NCBI GenBank assembly: GCA_964016885.1 | Contig: OZ024758.1 | Span: 23,064,001 to 23,128,000 of the forward strand | Length of the DNA: 64,000 bases | Source: Eledone cirrhosa | Taxonomy: Eukaryota | Reading direction: 5' to 3' | Part shown: piece by piece, positions 29,834-44,500 of the stretch | Numbering within the stretch: the stretch's first letter is position 1 | How the letters are laid out: each line of letters opens with the position of its first letter | Made by a program: the position numbers and the translations under genes | Notes under the pieces: generated by a model | The model's input: only the letters and a program-made list of their open reading frames with translations | The model's database searches: none | Told to the model about the DNA's origin: nothing

Positions 29834-32800
29834 TGTTATACTTTGGGAGGGTCATGTTGCCAATAATTCAGAAACGAAATATATATATATATATATTCAT
29901 ATGAAATTATAAGTATGACGAGCAAATAGATATAAATCTACCTAATTTTACTTCAATGTTCTGACTGCAGTTTTGCCAATTGGTGTGCAGCTAAAGTGCA
30001 CTTAAGCTGTGAGGTTAACAGCTTATATATATATATATATATATATATCATCATCATCATTTTACGTCTGCTTTTCCCTGCTTGCAAGGGTGGGATGGGA
30101 ACTGATTCTGGCTTGATTTCTACAGCTGGATGCCCTTCCTAACACCAACCTCATTTACAGTGAGTGCTGGGTGCTTTTTTGCTGTGGCACCTCCACGACC
30201 CCTTTGCAGTGGAATAATAGGGACCCCAGTCCCTCTCATCTCATTTCTACAGCTGAGTAAACTGGAGCAATGTGAAATAAAGTGTCTTGCTCAAGGAAAC
30301 AACACATCATATATACGAGAGTGTTCAGGGAAAAATGAAATGAGGTTTATTATTTAAAATAACCGCACGAAAGAAACAATGTAGTTATTAATAAGAAGAG
30401 TTCAAATTAATGAATGCAAGATTTCACAGCTCTAATGTCACTCCTTCATAGTAAGTTTTCAGCCAACTCTCGTACATTAGCTCACAGCCACAGATGAACT
30501 ATTGATACTTATTATTGTAATAATATATATATGTTTTATATGTAACAATATATAATTGTTTTATATGTAACAATATATAATTGTTTTATATGTAACAATA
30601 TATAATTGTTTTATATGTAACAATATATAATTGTTTTATATGTAACAATATATAATTGTTTTTTATGTAACAATATATAATTGTTTTTTATGTAATGATA
30701 TATATATATGTTTTATATGTAATAATATATATATATCTAATAATATATATGTAATAATATAACCAAAAGTTAAACAAGGTTCATTGATTAATCAATTAAT
30801 ATAGTTTTACAATAGATTAGAAGCACTCAACAGTGAGGTTTTCTGGAGTTATTTATATTAATTCAAAATATTAATAAATGTAGACATTCACGTAATCAAA
30901 ATATATTTTATTATATATATTTCGGAGGTACTGTGCTGTTTTTTCAGTACATCCTCGTCAGATAAAATACATAAATTGATGTATGACATACCTCAACTGT
31001 CTTGATGGTTCAATTCCAGTCTTGGCAGTATTTTATCTGATGAGGATGTACTGAAAAAACAGCACAGTACCTCCGAAATATATATAATAAAATATATTTT
31101 GATTAAGTGAATGTCTACATTTATTAATATTTTGAATAATATATATAATATATATATATGTAATAATATATATATATATATATGTAATAATTGTTTCTAC
31201 TTTTGGCAATAGGCCAGCAATTACCCAGTGTATTACTGGTACTTTATATATACTACATATATATATGTGTAATAATATATATATGTAATAATATATATAT
31301 ATATGTTTTATATGTAATAATATAGACATGTTTTATATGTAATAATATATAATTGTTTTATATGTAATAATATATAATTGTTTTATATGTAATAATATAT
31401 ATAGAAATTTTAGCCTGATAGTGGGCTTTAGAACCCTCTAAGAAATGAAAAAAGATGAGCATTGACCTTTTTCCATTTCTTAGAGGGTTCTAACCCCACT
31501 ATCAGGCTAAAATTTCTTTAGTCAAAAAATATGGTGAAATCTTCTATTTCTAATTTCAAACTCATTCACTGTTTCAAAACAAACTTACTAATATATATAT
31601 ATTTTATATTTACTGACAGACTCCTTTTATGGATATTTTGGATTCTTATACTGTTGAAGAAATGGCTAAGAAAGTTTGTTCCTTTGCTGATTTACAATCT
31701 TTTGCAACAGTTAAATGTTCTTTGTTTGACCTAAACAAGTTCATAAGAGTGATGTGTCAAATAGATTACAAGATTCTTGAGAAGGAAATAAGTGTTGCAT
31801 TACCTAATATGGCACCAGCAATGGTGAGAATTTTTTTTTTTTTTTTTTTTTTTTTGCTCTTTATTTTTTATTTTATTTATTTATTTATTTTTTTTTACAC
31901 AAAAGTGAATGCTTTCATAAGCAAGAAGACTCACATAACATATATACTACATGACAAACAAACAAGACATTAACCCTTCAGCATTTACATTACCAAAAGG
32001 GTTAACTATTGTATTTAGCAGTAAGCTGTACTTTTGAAGGTATCCATTTTGTTAGAGAGATTGAACCAATGAGAGTAAAATCTTTTACCATGGATGAAAC
32101 ACAACCCTGGTGATAGTATACAAAGTGATAATTGTTCAGTAGCTAAAACCATTACCAGACTCTGCCAGTCTTAACTTTACAGTATTTTTCACTGTAGAGT
32201 ACAAAGCTTGTTTAATAAATTTAAATTTTATTTTGTGTTCTGATCTGATTGATTCCAATCAAGATTAACCCTTTAGCATTTTACATTACTTTGTATTTAC
32301 TATTGTATTTTCACAGTAAAGGCTTTACTACATAATTACCTCACATAATATTGAATCTTTGAGATTTTGATATCCTTTATTTTGAGAACAATACCATAAG
32401 ATCTGTATCAATGGCCAGTTACAGCCGGTTTGAACAGAAAAAAGTGAAGGAATTCTGGCCAGATATGGCCAGTTTAAACGTTAAGGGTTAAAGTGGCACC
32501 AAAGATGTATATATTTGATATATTTATACAAAGCAACTTATATTAACTTTATTTACAAAATTGCTGGAAGTCAACAGCTAGGTCATTGTTGGATAATTTT
32601 TGTAACAAAGCTAACAGGTAAAGCAACAGGTAACGCTAACAGGTAAAGCAAAGGGTTAAACTCAAAGGGGTAAACTCAAAGGGGTAAACTCAAAGGGGTA
32701 AACTCAAAGGGGTAAACTCAAAGGGTTAACTCAAAGGGTTAACTCAAAATATGAATAGATAAACATGAGATTTGACAGAATAATGTAAATGCTAAAGGGT

Positions 32801-35800
32801 TAAACTGTCATTTGGATTGGCAGTATCGGTAGAGCGTCAGACACTATGCTTTTCGGTATAGAGTTATGGCCCTTTACGTTCAAATCCCGCCAAGGTGAAC
32901 TTTGCCTTTCATCCTTACGGGGTCGATAAAATAAAGTACCAGTAATGCACTGCTATAATTGCTGGCCTTGTGCCAAAAATAGAAATAATTATATTATTAT
33001 TTTCATTTTCAAGTATTCCCAAGAACCTAGACCCAGTGAAGTCAGTATATCTTCGATGTTAACTACAGTAGAGAGTTTGTGGAACAAAATAGAGAAAATG
33101 TCAAAGTCTTCAAACAGTCAGCAAATGTGGAAACCCCTAAATATATGGATGAACCAGAAACCAACCATGGATGCCATGATGCAAGAAATGATAGAAATGT
33201 TTCCAAAAATCTTTGACTTATCAAGGTATAAACTTTTTAACTAAAACAATATTCTATACAATAAAAATCCATTATAATGAAATTCACGGGGTATAAAAAA
33301 ATTCTTTGTAATGGAAAATTCTTTATAACGAGATCAACTTAATTCTTTATAACGAGATCAACTTAATTCTTTATAACGAGATCAACTTAATTCTTTATAA
33401 CGAGATCAACTTAATTCTTTATAACGAGATCAACTTAACACATCGAGCATGTAGCCAGGGATTGAAAAAAATTTTGTTATATTGAAAAATTTGTTATAAC
33501 AAGATTGATCTAACACATCAAGCATGTGGTCGGGGATAGAAAAAAATTTCGTTATACTGAAAAATTCTTTATAATGGTATTCGTTATAACGGAATTTTGC
33601 CTGTATTTGTTTTTCAATATGTTATTTAGTAGGTATATTTTCATTATTGGTACGTTAATAAACACTAGGTCTAAACACAAGAGAACCAAACTCTCACTGT
33701 CACTGCCTCCATCTCTCCTGCTTTCCCCATCTCTCTCTATTGTGAACAAATGGGGGGGGGGCCATGCGCTGGCCACCCTGTGGCCCCAGTGGACAGAAAA
33801 GAGAAGGCATTTCCCCCAGAGGATGGTAAGGGAGACACGCTGGAAGATGGAAGAGCCATTCCAAACTATACATTACCTTTTCATTATGGATTTAACATAT
33901 TTTATATGTGGATTATACTTTATCTTCTAATATTATTTTCATGTCCAGGGTGATGGTTTGGCAGGATCGGTAGAGCATCTCAGACAACATGCTTTATGGC
34001 ATAGAGTTACATCTCTTTACCTTCTAAGTTCAAATCCCGCTTTCTATCTCTCTCTCTCTATCTTTCTCTCTCTCTCTCTCCTCTTCTTTCTCTCTCTCCT
34101 TTCTCGCTCTCTCCTTCTTTCTTTCTTTCTTTCTCTCTCTTTCCTTTCTCTCTCTCTCTCTCTCTGGACATGTTGGGATTGATTTAATCAACTATGCCCA
34201 TCTTTTAAAAATTGGTGACACCATACTTTGCAGCATAGAGTTATGGCACTTTACGTTCTGAGTTCAAATCCCACCAAGGTTAGCGTTGCCTTTCATCCTT
34301 ACGGGGTCGATAAAATAAAGTACCAGTAATGCACTGGGGTAATTGCTAGCCTTGTGCCAAAAGTAGAAACAATTATTTAAATAGGTAACTTATACTGTAT
34401 TTCCCAACGCCAAAGACCCTTCGTCCTCAAGGTCACACCCTAATTTTGACAACCAAAACTTTGAAAAATAAATAATAAACAACCTTTGGCCTCTGGGACA
34501 CATGGTAGAGTTTTTTAGACTTATTTTAGGAAAAAAGTAGGGTCTTCGACGCTGGGAAATACAGTATATGTTAGCTATTTAAATAATTGTTTCTACGTTA
34601 GGCACAAGGCCAGCAATTACCCAGTGTATTACTGGTACTTTATTTTATCGACCCCCGTAAGGATGAAAGGCAAAGTTAACCTCGGCGGGATTTGAACTCA
34701 GAATAGCAAGGGCCGTAACTCTATGCGTCAAAGCATGGCATCCGACCCTCTACCAATACTGCCAATCCACCGCCCTTTGAAAAATAAATAATAAATAACC
34801 TTTGGCCTCCGGGACACATGGTAGAGTTTTTTAGACTTATTTTAGGAAAAAAGTAGGGTCTTCGACGCTGGGAAATACATTAACTTTATATAATGTTGGT
34901 TTTGTTTTTTTCCTTCTATTTCTTTTCCAGTGTTAAATACCTCAACTATTTTGAAAAGGTGTTCACTAAGATGGTATTTAATATGGAACCTTCAACAGAT
35001 AACGCTCTACTCCAGGAAAAAATTATGAAATTTTTAAACTTAAATATGGAAAAATGTATTGCAAGTAAGAAACAATAGAATTGTTTTAGTTCTCATTTTT
35101 TTTTAATCCAGAAATATTTTCCATGATTTCATACTTTAATATTTTCAGTTGTCCATGGGGCACAGCCGAAACACTCTAGTGGTCCTTGCTCTTTCCCTCC
35201 TTTTTCTCTCCTTCGCCTAGTAGTCCTTTCTCTTTCCTTCCTTTTCCTCTCATTTATGGTATTTATAGTACTTTCCTAATACTGTTTTCCTTTTCTATAT
35301 GTTTGACCAATTTACAGAAATGTCCAAAATATTTTAGTTTTCTTTCTGTTATGCTGTCAAATAAATTTTTCTTAGTTTTTACCATTTACAATGCCAGAAA
35401 AAAATATATATGATCATCAGAGATATTTATTTCTCTGTTGTTATGAGCAATCTATCATTTTCAGTCCTTTCAGTCAAATCGTTGAAACAGCAGGTGGTCT
35501 GAAAGCTGATGAGTGTATTTAAATGTTTGTGATCTCCTATCATCCTTTCTATTCCTTTCTTCCTATCAATCCTTTGAGTCAACTCACTTCGAGCCTCTGA
35601 TTTCTATCCTTTGAGGTAATGTTTTACCCAACACTGATTCAACAGCATTTTGCTGTTTTAACAGCTTCCTTACGCCGAGGTTTTTCAATTTTCCTATGAA
35701 TTCTAATACACTCAAGTTGCAAAACTTAATATTCAAGTTAATTTTGTTTATATCATCATCATCATTTTACGTCCGCTTTTCCCTGCTTGCAAGGGTTGGA

Positions 35801-37901
35801 CGGGTTCTATTCAGCACAGCATCTCTCCACCCATCACGGTCCTTCGTTATCTCCTCCGTGAGTTTCAGCGATCTGAGGTCTGCTCTCACCACCTCCGCCC
35901 GTGTTTTTCGTGGTCTTCCTCTACTGCATCTTCCCTCCACTGGGACTTCCTGGCACTTCTTCACCCATCGGTCATCCTCCATGCGCATCACATGTCCATA
36001 CCATCTCAGCCTTCTCTCCTGCACACCACAACTTACCCCTCTTAAACACAGTTTCTTTCTCAACTCGTCTATGCTCGGTCGTTCACGCACATTGACATTG
36101 CACATCCAACGGATCATACTTGCTTCATTTCTCTCGAGCCATCGCATATCTTCTGCACTTGCTGCCCATGTCTCATTACCATGCAGCATCGCACATCTCA
36201 CACTCACACAGGCATCATACAACCGTCCTTTCATATGCAGGGAGAAACCCTTCTTTGTCAACAGAGAGAGCAGCTCCCTAAACTTCTTCCAACCCGTCCT
36301 TATTTATTTACCTCATTGATGGAGGCACATGTCTTAGTGGTTAGAGCATTGGCTTTGCAATCGAAAGGTTGTGAGTTCAATTCTCAGACCGGGTGATGTG
36401 TTGTTTCCTTGAGCAAGACACTTTATTTCACATTGCTCCAGTTTAGTCAGCTGTATAAATGAGATGATAGGGGCTGGGGTCCATATCATTCCACTGCAAA
36501 GTGGTCGTGGAGGTGCCACGGCAAAAAAGCACCCAGCACTCACTGTAAATGAGGTTGGTGTTAGGAAGGGCATCCAGCTGTAGAAATCAAGCCAGAACCA
36601 GTTCCCGTCCCACCCTTGCAATCGGGGAAAAGCGGACGTAAAATGATGATGATGATGAAGAATTCAAAGAGATGTTCATTGCCTCATTCTAAACAATTCT
36701 ATTCATCAGTCGGTGCAATTGACAAAGTAATAAATATAATGTAATGTCTATTACAGATAATGGTAAGATTGATATGGCTTTTTTTGAAAATCCTGAATTT
36801 CAAAAAGCAATATCTATGATATCGTCATCAGAGAAATCTGTTGGAATCCTAATCAGTAGTATTGGAAAAATCATTGAAGATCCTAAGAGAGTAAGTTGCG
36901 TTCATTGTTTTTAACATATCAAGACAAAATCCTTCTGTATTAGCTTCACCCGCAAAAAAAAAACAATCTTCGGGTGGTTTTCTGCTAGCATGTGTAGTGT
37001 GCATATTGATATTATACGCAAGTATATATATATACATGTAGATATGATACATCAAATAACATCGTAATTGACAATATACACAGAAATTGAACGAAGACTG
37101 TGTTACACTGTCTTCTGTAATCAGTAACATAATCCATGATACATTTTAAAAAGACGATATTATATATAAACTGCATTAGGAGAAAATTAGTGACGGAAAT
37201 ATATGAATGTTTATTTATATGTACTAGCAGAAAAACCAACGTTCGGGCGGTTTTCTGCTAGCATGTGTAGTGTGCATATTGATATTATACGCAGGTACAT
37301 ATACATGTAGATATAATACATCAAACACAATCGCAATTGACTATATGCACAGAAATTGTTACATTGTCTTATGTAATCAGTAACGTAATCCATGATACAT
37401 TTTAAAAAGACGATATTATATATAAACTGCATTAGGAGAAAATTAGTGACGGAAATATATGAATGTTTATTTAAGCGATCGCCAGCCCGAAGTGTTAACA
37501 TTTAAATAAACAATAAAATATATTTAATCAAAAGCTACAAAATTTAGCAGATAAATTATGTAATATTCATTCATTATTTATTCAAAGTAATCCAACTTAT
37601 TTTACAAACAGGGTAAAAAAATATATTCTGGATGCAGTCCCACACCCCTTACTTTATTACAGTTTATATTAAAATGGAATGTATTGATGATGTTTATTGT
37701 TGTAGCAGTATAAAATGTAAAGCTATATCATTACTATATAATAATATAATAATGAAATTATTGTGTACAGTGCTCAGGTGCACTACAACTCATCAAATCC
37801 CGCCGAGGTTGACTTTGCCTTTCATCCTTACGGGGTCGATAAAATAAAGTACCAGTAATGCACTGGATAATTGCTGGCCTTGTGCCTAAAGTAGAAACAA
37901 T

Positions 37902-37943
<42 letters not shown>

Positions 37944-38140
37944 TAGAAATATAAGCTAGCGCCGTATTTTGACTAAAGAAATTAAAGAAATTATTTAGCC
38001 TGAAAGTGGGGTTAAGAACCCTCGGAGAAATGGAAAAAGATGAGTATTGACGTCCATGTATGTCAATACTCACCTTTTTCCATTTCTCCGAGGGTTCTTA
38101 ACCCCACTTTCAGGCTAAATAATTTCTTTAATTTCTAAAG

Positions 38141-38197
<57 letters not shown>

Positions 38198-38474
38198 ATT
38201 TCCATAGAAAAGGTAAAGGAAAGAAGAGTGCTCTATGTGTAGTACTGAGCTATTTAATGATATAATAAACAACACAGTATAACTATTCCATTAGCCAAGG
38301 TTTCATGAATTTTAGTCTCCACATTTTTTATTACTATATATATATATATATATATATATAGTAATAACAAATGTGGAGACTAAAATCCAAAGAGGGCTCA
38401 ATAAGGATTATATATATATATAAAAAATGTTTAATATAAGGAACTGTTTCTGTTTTTATTCATTATTTTTATTA

Positions 38475-38510
<36 letters not shown>

Positions 38511-41500
38511 AAACAATGGCATTTTTCTTATATTTTGTCCATTTTCTTATTAGATGGCAGTTATATTGGATTTACTAAACCAGAAATATATCTGTAATGA
38601 TATAACACGCCTTTCTCAAATAGTTCCACAAGGAAATCTTCAAGAAGCATCTCTTATGTGTAATATTCTGTTCCGTAAAGTCAACATGACGGCACTAGGA
38701 ATTCAACTTAACCGTACAGTTCCTGGATTAAAAGACTTCCTCACATTTGTAAGTAATATATGTCTATCTATCTAGGGTGGGTAAAATTCCCGAGATCCAT
38801 GGACGAGTTCTCTCCAGTGGTCTCTATCCCTCATCCTCGCCGCCATGTCCTGCATCTCCCAGAGACCAGTGTCTGTCCTTAGGAATATTAATATATGTCA
38901 ACCTCAGTCTCCCTCTTCTACAGGGGCTCCCACAGGACCACTGAATGCAGTGTCAACTCTGAATGTCGGTGAACATGTCCAGCTAACCTCAATCTCCTCT
39001 GTGTTACTTTCGAGCTGACTTTTGGGAGGCTCCCGTACAACTCTAAGTTATATATGTCTACTACGTTTTAATTAATTTTATTATGTCTACTACGTTTTAA
39101 TTAATTTTATTAGCATATTGTTTAGTTTATGTTGTTCTTTTTATTTATTTTGGTAAGAAGTATGAAATAGAAGTAAGTTCCCAGTGAGCTCAAACTTTGG
39201 CACAATTGTTGATTCCTGTTGGAAATTAATTTCAGTTCCTTTGCATTGTTAATGTTCTTTGGAAACTTTAACATTCCCATTGCTTCTGCATCTCAAGAAT
39301 TGTTCTTTAAAATATTCTTTATTTATTATTATTTAGCTTTGCCTTTCATCCTTACGGGGTCAATAAAATAAAGTACCAGTAATGCACTGAGGTCAATTTA
39401 ATCGACTTTCCCCTCCCTTCAAATTGCTGGCCTTGTGTCTAGAGTAGAAACAATAATTTAGTCTGAAAGCATTAGACACCATGCTTTGTAGCATAGAGTT
39501 ACAGCCCTTTATGTTCTGAGTTCAAATCGCACCAAGGTTAGCTTTGCGTTTCATCCTTGACGGGGTCGATAAAATAAGGTACCAGTAATGCACTGAGGTT
39601 TATTTAATCCACTTTCCCCTCCCCCCAAAAACTCTTAGCCTGCTGCTTGTATCAGAAACCAATGTCTGTAGGAAAGGAGACAGTTTCCAAAAGGACAAGA
39701 TCTAAGAAGAGGGATTAGGGACGGAGCATTTACAAGTTGGTGTATGGCTGTGGCTTAGAGAAGGGATGATGAAAAAAGAAGTGTTGGTGGTCTGTAATTA
39801 ACTGGTCGAGAGGAGTTGAAGTAATGATCTAAATAGATAAAATGGAGGCACATGGCTTAGTGGTTAGAGCATTGGCCTTGCAATCGAAAGGTTGTGAGTT
39901 CAATTCTCAGACTGGGTGATGTGTTGTTTCCTTGAGCAAGACAATTTATTTCACATTGCTCCAGTTTACTCAGCTGTAGAAATGAGATGATAGGGACTGG
40001 GGTCCCTATCATTCCACTGCAAAGTGGTCGTGGAGGTGCCATGGCAAAAAAAGCACCCAGCACTCACTGTAAATGAGGTTGGTGTTAGGAAGGGCATCCA
40101 GCTGTAGAAATCAAGCCAGAATCAGTTCCCGTCCCACCCTTGGAAGCAGGGAAAAGTGGACGTAAAATGAAATGAAATGAAATGAAAATGATATATATAT
40201 ATATGTATATATTATCATCATCGTTTAACATCCATCTTCCACGCTAGCATGGGTTGGATGGGTTTGTCCCACTTGAGGCAAGATTGGTTGGGTAACCGTG
40301 ACTCGCTCATACAGAACTGCTACTGGCAGGTTTTCTACATCTGGCAGCTTTTCCTAACACCAACTACATTTACAGTGTGGACTGGGAGCCTTTTTACCAT
40401 GTCTCCTACATGACCTCTTTACAGTGTGGACTGGGTGCTTTTTGTCGTGACACCTACACAACCACTTTACAGTGTGGACTGGGTGCTTTTTGTCGTGTCA
40501 CCTACACAACCACTTTACAGTGTGGACCGGGTGCTTTTTGTCGTGATACCTACACAACCACTTTACAGTGTGGACCGGGTGCTTTTTGTCGTGACACCTA
40601 CACACCACTTTACAGTGTGGACTGGGTGTTTTTTGTCGTGTCACCTACACAACCACTTTACAGTGTGGACTGGGTGCTTTTTGTTGTGACTCCTACACAC
40701 CACTTTACAGTGTGGACTGGGTGCTTTTTGTTGTGACTCCTACACGACCACTTTACAGTGTGGACTGGGTGCTTTTTGTCGTGACACCTACAGGACCACT
40801 TTACAGTGTGGACTGGGTGCTTTTTGTCGTGACACCTACAGGACCACTTTACAGCGTGGACTGGGTGCTTTTTGTCATTTCACCTGCATGACCACTTTAC
40901 AGTGGATGAAAGTGTGGGAATGGAGTAAAGGATGTGGTGTGGGGTGGGGGTGTATATTGGGTTAAGCAGTGCCTACTGACTGTAGGTTTAAGTTCGTATG
41001 TATGGGAAGGCAGGTTTTCTGTATAACTGCATAGCGCCAAAGATCTTGATCTAGTGACATTGTTTTAGAGAGGTGCAATTGAGCAAGGTCAGTTTTTATC
41101 ACCTCATCCCATTTATATATACAGTTGTCCCCCAGCATTTGCAGGGATTACATACCTAGAGCACCGGTAAAGATTGAAAAACAGCGAATATTGGACATGG
41201 TCTATAAAAATGCCTATAAACATCAAAACATAACATAAAATATAGACCAGCAAATACGGTATATTGTTATTAAAAATTTAGCATTAAAAAGCATGAAAAA
41301 ATATATACAGCCACGGAAAAAGCCATAAAAAAATCACGGAAGATATTTACATTTCCACAAACAATTTTTTGTTAGGTTCTAAGGAAAATTCCACAAATAA
41401 CCGAGACTGCAAATGCTAGGAGTACACTGTATATATATTGTATATATGTTTAATATATTTTAGTCAGTTTGTTTTAACTTTCCATTCCAGCTATCTGGTT

Positions 41501-44500
41501 ATATTGTGGGTAACGTATCAGAAAAAGTCAACTATACAGCTTTTGCAGTAGAGCACGTAAAATTTCAGAACTTGATATCGGAAATGATGATGAAACTGCC
41601 TTCAATTTTGTCCAGAATGGAAAACTGGCCAGGTAGTATGCTGAACAGCATGCTACTTCAACGTTTAATGGACAATTGGGACACTGTTGGAAATGGTTTA
41701 AACATAATGAGGTAAAAATTAACCCTTTCATATTTGCATTACTCTGTATATACTATTGTATTTTCATGGTAAATAATTATTAAATGAAAAATAATTATCA
41801 AATAATTATCTCACATAATATAGAATGGTAAATAATTATCAAATAATTATCTCACATAATATAGAAACTGATATTATTTATTTTGGTAACAATACCTTAA
41901 CATCAGTAAGGGTGGCCAGTTACATTCGGTTTGAACAGAAAGAGGTGAGAGAATTCTGGCCAGATATGGCTGGTTTAAATGCTAAAGGGTTAAGCTAAAA
42001 GAATCTTTTTTTCCTTACAATAAATTTAGTAATTTTGCAGTTTAACCCTTTAGCATTTAAAATGGCTGTATCTAGCCAGAATTCTTTCACCTCTTTCTGT
42101 TCAAACCGGCCATAACCGGCTGCTCATTCTTATATTAACATATTGTTCTCAAAATAAATATCAAAATCTCGTAGATTCAGTATTGTGAGATAATTATGTG
42201 AAATAAAGTATTTACCATGAAACTACAATAGTAAATATAAAGTAATGTAAATGGTAAAGGGTTAAGCAATAACTTTCATTTTCTTTTTTTTTTTTTACAT
42301 TTACCTGCATCTAATTTTAGTAAATAACAATGTTTTTTTTTTTTATATTTTCACATAATATTGAAACAAATACTTTATAGCTCAGAATATATGTATGTAT
42401 ATATATATTTATAGCTCAGAATATATGTATGTCTATATATATTTATAGCTCAGAATATATGTATGTCTATATAGTTTTAAAGTGAAGCAACATTAGTAAA
42501 TGTTGTTAGGTGGAAATAACACAAAATAGATGGTTTACTTTTGATATCAAATTTACTTCACTTCAGTTAAAAAGAACAACGAATAGGTTACTACGAATTA
42601 TAATGGTTAATGATGTTTTTGTTGTTACTTCGTTATACTGGTGTAGTCTGTGGCCAGAGAAGGTGACAGCCTGTGAGACTAGAAAAAAGAAAGAGAAAGG
42701 TCTATAGAAGTCTGTAGACCCATGTAGACCCCAAGGGTTCTGTAGGAAGTGAATGTTTCACATGGTTACTTTCTCGTGTACTGTTCTGAAGAGTTTTTGC
42801 TTGGTCTGATACAGGCTATTTATATCTGTCGTCTCCTGCCAATAGGGATCGCCCACTTGTTTACTCCGAAAAGGAGCTAACCCAGAATTTGACCGTTCTG
42901 TGTCACCCAGGGTTAAAGGTGTGTACAGATTTCACTACTGTTTCATACATTCATATATTATAATGTAGGTAAATGTGGTTGGTGTTAGGAAGGGCATCCA
43001 ACTGTAGAAAACCTGCCAGACAGTCCTATGCGAGCAAGACAATCACTCTTGCCTCAAGTGGGAATACCCCCGTCCAAACCCATGCAAGCGTGGAACACGG
43101 ACGTTAAACGTTGATGATGATGATGCGTGTATAAATGTAGATATACACAGAAAAGTTCCTTGTAGAAAACAATCACCTGTCTGCCTAATAGTAAATCTCA
43201 CCAAAACAGACTCACCATCAGTTCTTTTGTCCTCTCACTTACAAGGCTCAATAACTTTATTCTAAGTCTTTGTGTGTCTACAGTGGTAGTTAAATGAGGT
43301 TCTTCTATCTCTCTCATATAAGCACTGCAAATGTTTGTCTTCTTCTTGTCATGTCCACAAGAATGTTGGTTACAAAGCTTGGGTAGATTTGATTCTGCCA
43401 CAGCTGAACACATTGTCATGTCCACATTGGTTACAAAGCTTGGGTAGATTTGATTCTGCCACAGCTGAACACATTGTCATGTCCACATTGGTTACAAAGC
43501 TTGGGTAGATTTGATTCTACCACAGCTGAACACATTGCTGTCCTTTTTTATTAAACTCTGCCAAGTCCAATGCTGTGCAGGGGTGTTCCAGCAAGGGGGG
43601 CATATCAGGAGGTGTTGTGTAGTCTGTGGTTCGATGCTGCAGTCACACACAACATCCCCATCCTTTAAATATCTCCATTTTGCAAGAGTGACTTTTACAC
43701 GTCCAACACCAGATCTTAGTCTGTTGAGGCATTTCCATACTGAGTAGTTTGTATCACCAGTTATAAGCTACAGAACAGCCAAAAGCGATGCTGAATGAAT
43801 AATTGTAACTTATGGCAAATGAATTGTGTGTATGTCTGAGTGAATCAAGATATATGACTATATTCGTTGTCATAACCAGTAGTTGAAGCTCATGGATGCC
43901 ATCCAACCATCTTACCGTAAATTTTCAGCATTGTTCAGGTAAAAACTAAGAACTAATACAAAACTAAAAAAAAAAATTGTTCTAGTTTTTACCTGAACAA
44001 TGCTGAAAATTTATTCATGATCATATTGGTGAATTATATGATTTGTTCAAGTTTAGAATCGGTGATTTGGAATTATTGCTATACACCAAGTTACTAGTGT
44101 TTTAATTATCAGGAATATTTAAAATAATAATAATATAATAATTAATAATAATGAAATTATTGTGTACAGTGCTCAGGTACACTACAACTCGTCAAAGGTG
44201 CATGTATAGTACATAGAATAATATACTTCATATGTTTTGTAAGAAATATCCATTTTCCTTGTTTCTACTATATTCCAGTTCTACAGCTTTGAAACAGTTG
44301 TTACAGTCCAATTTTGAAATGAATGCAGGCACTAGAGAATATCTGAAAAACTTCAATTACAATCTGTTTATCCAATATAACATTCTTAAATTTTTCAATT
44401 ATCATTTAAGTAAAATAAATGGTAAGTAACATTTCAAAATAACTATTTTCTGTTTTTTCTATGTATTATTACCGATCGAGGTTGACTTTGCCTTTCATCC

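Noticed and set aside
42775-42940. Possible LTR fragment with a TATA-like motif on the - strand
   Set aside because: No paired LTR, TG..CA ends or TSD that I can support.
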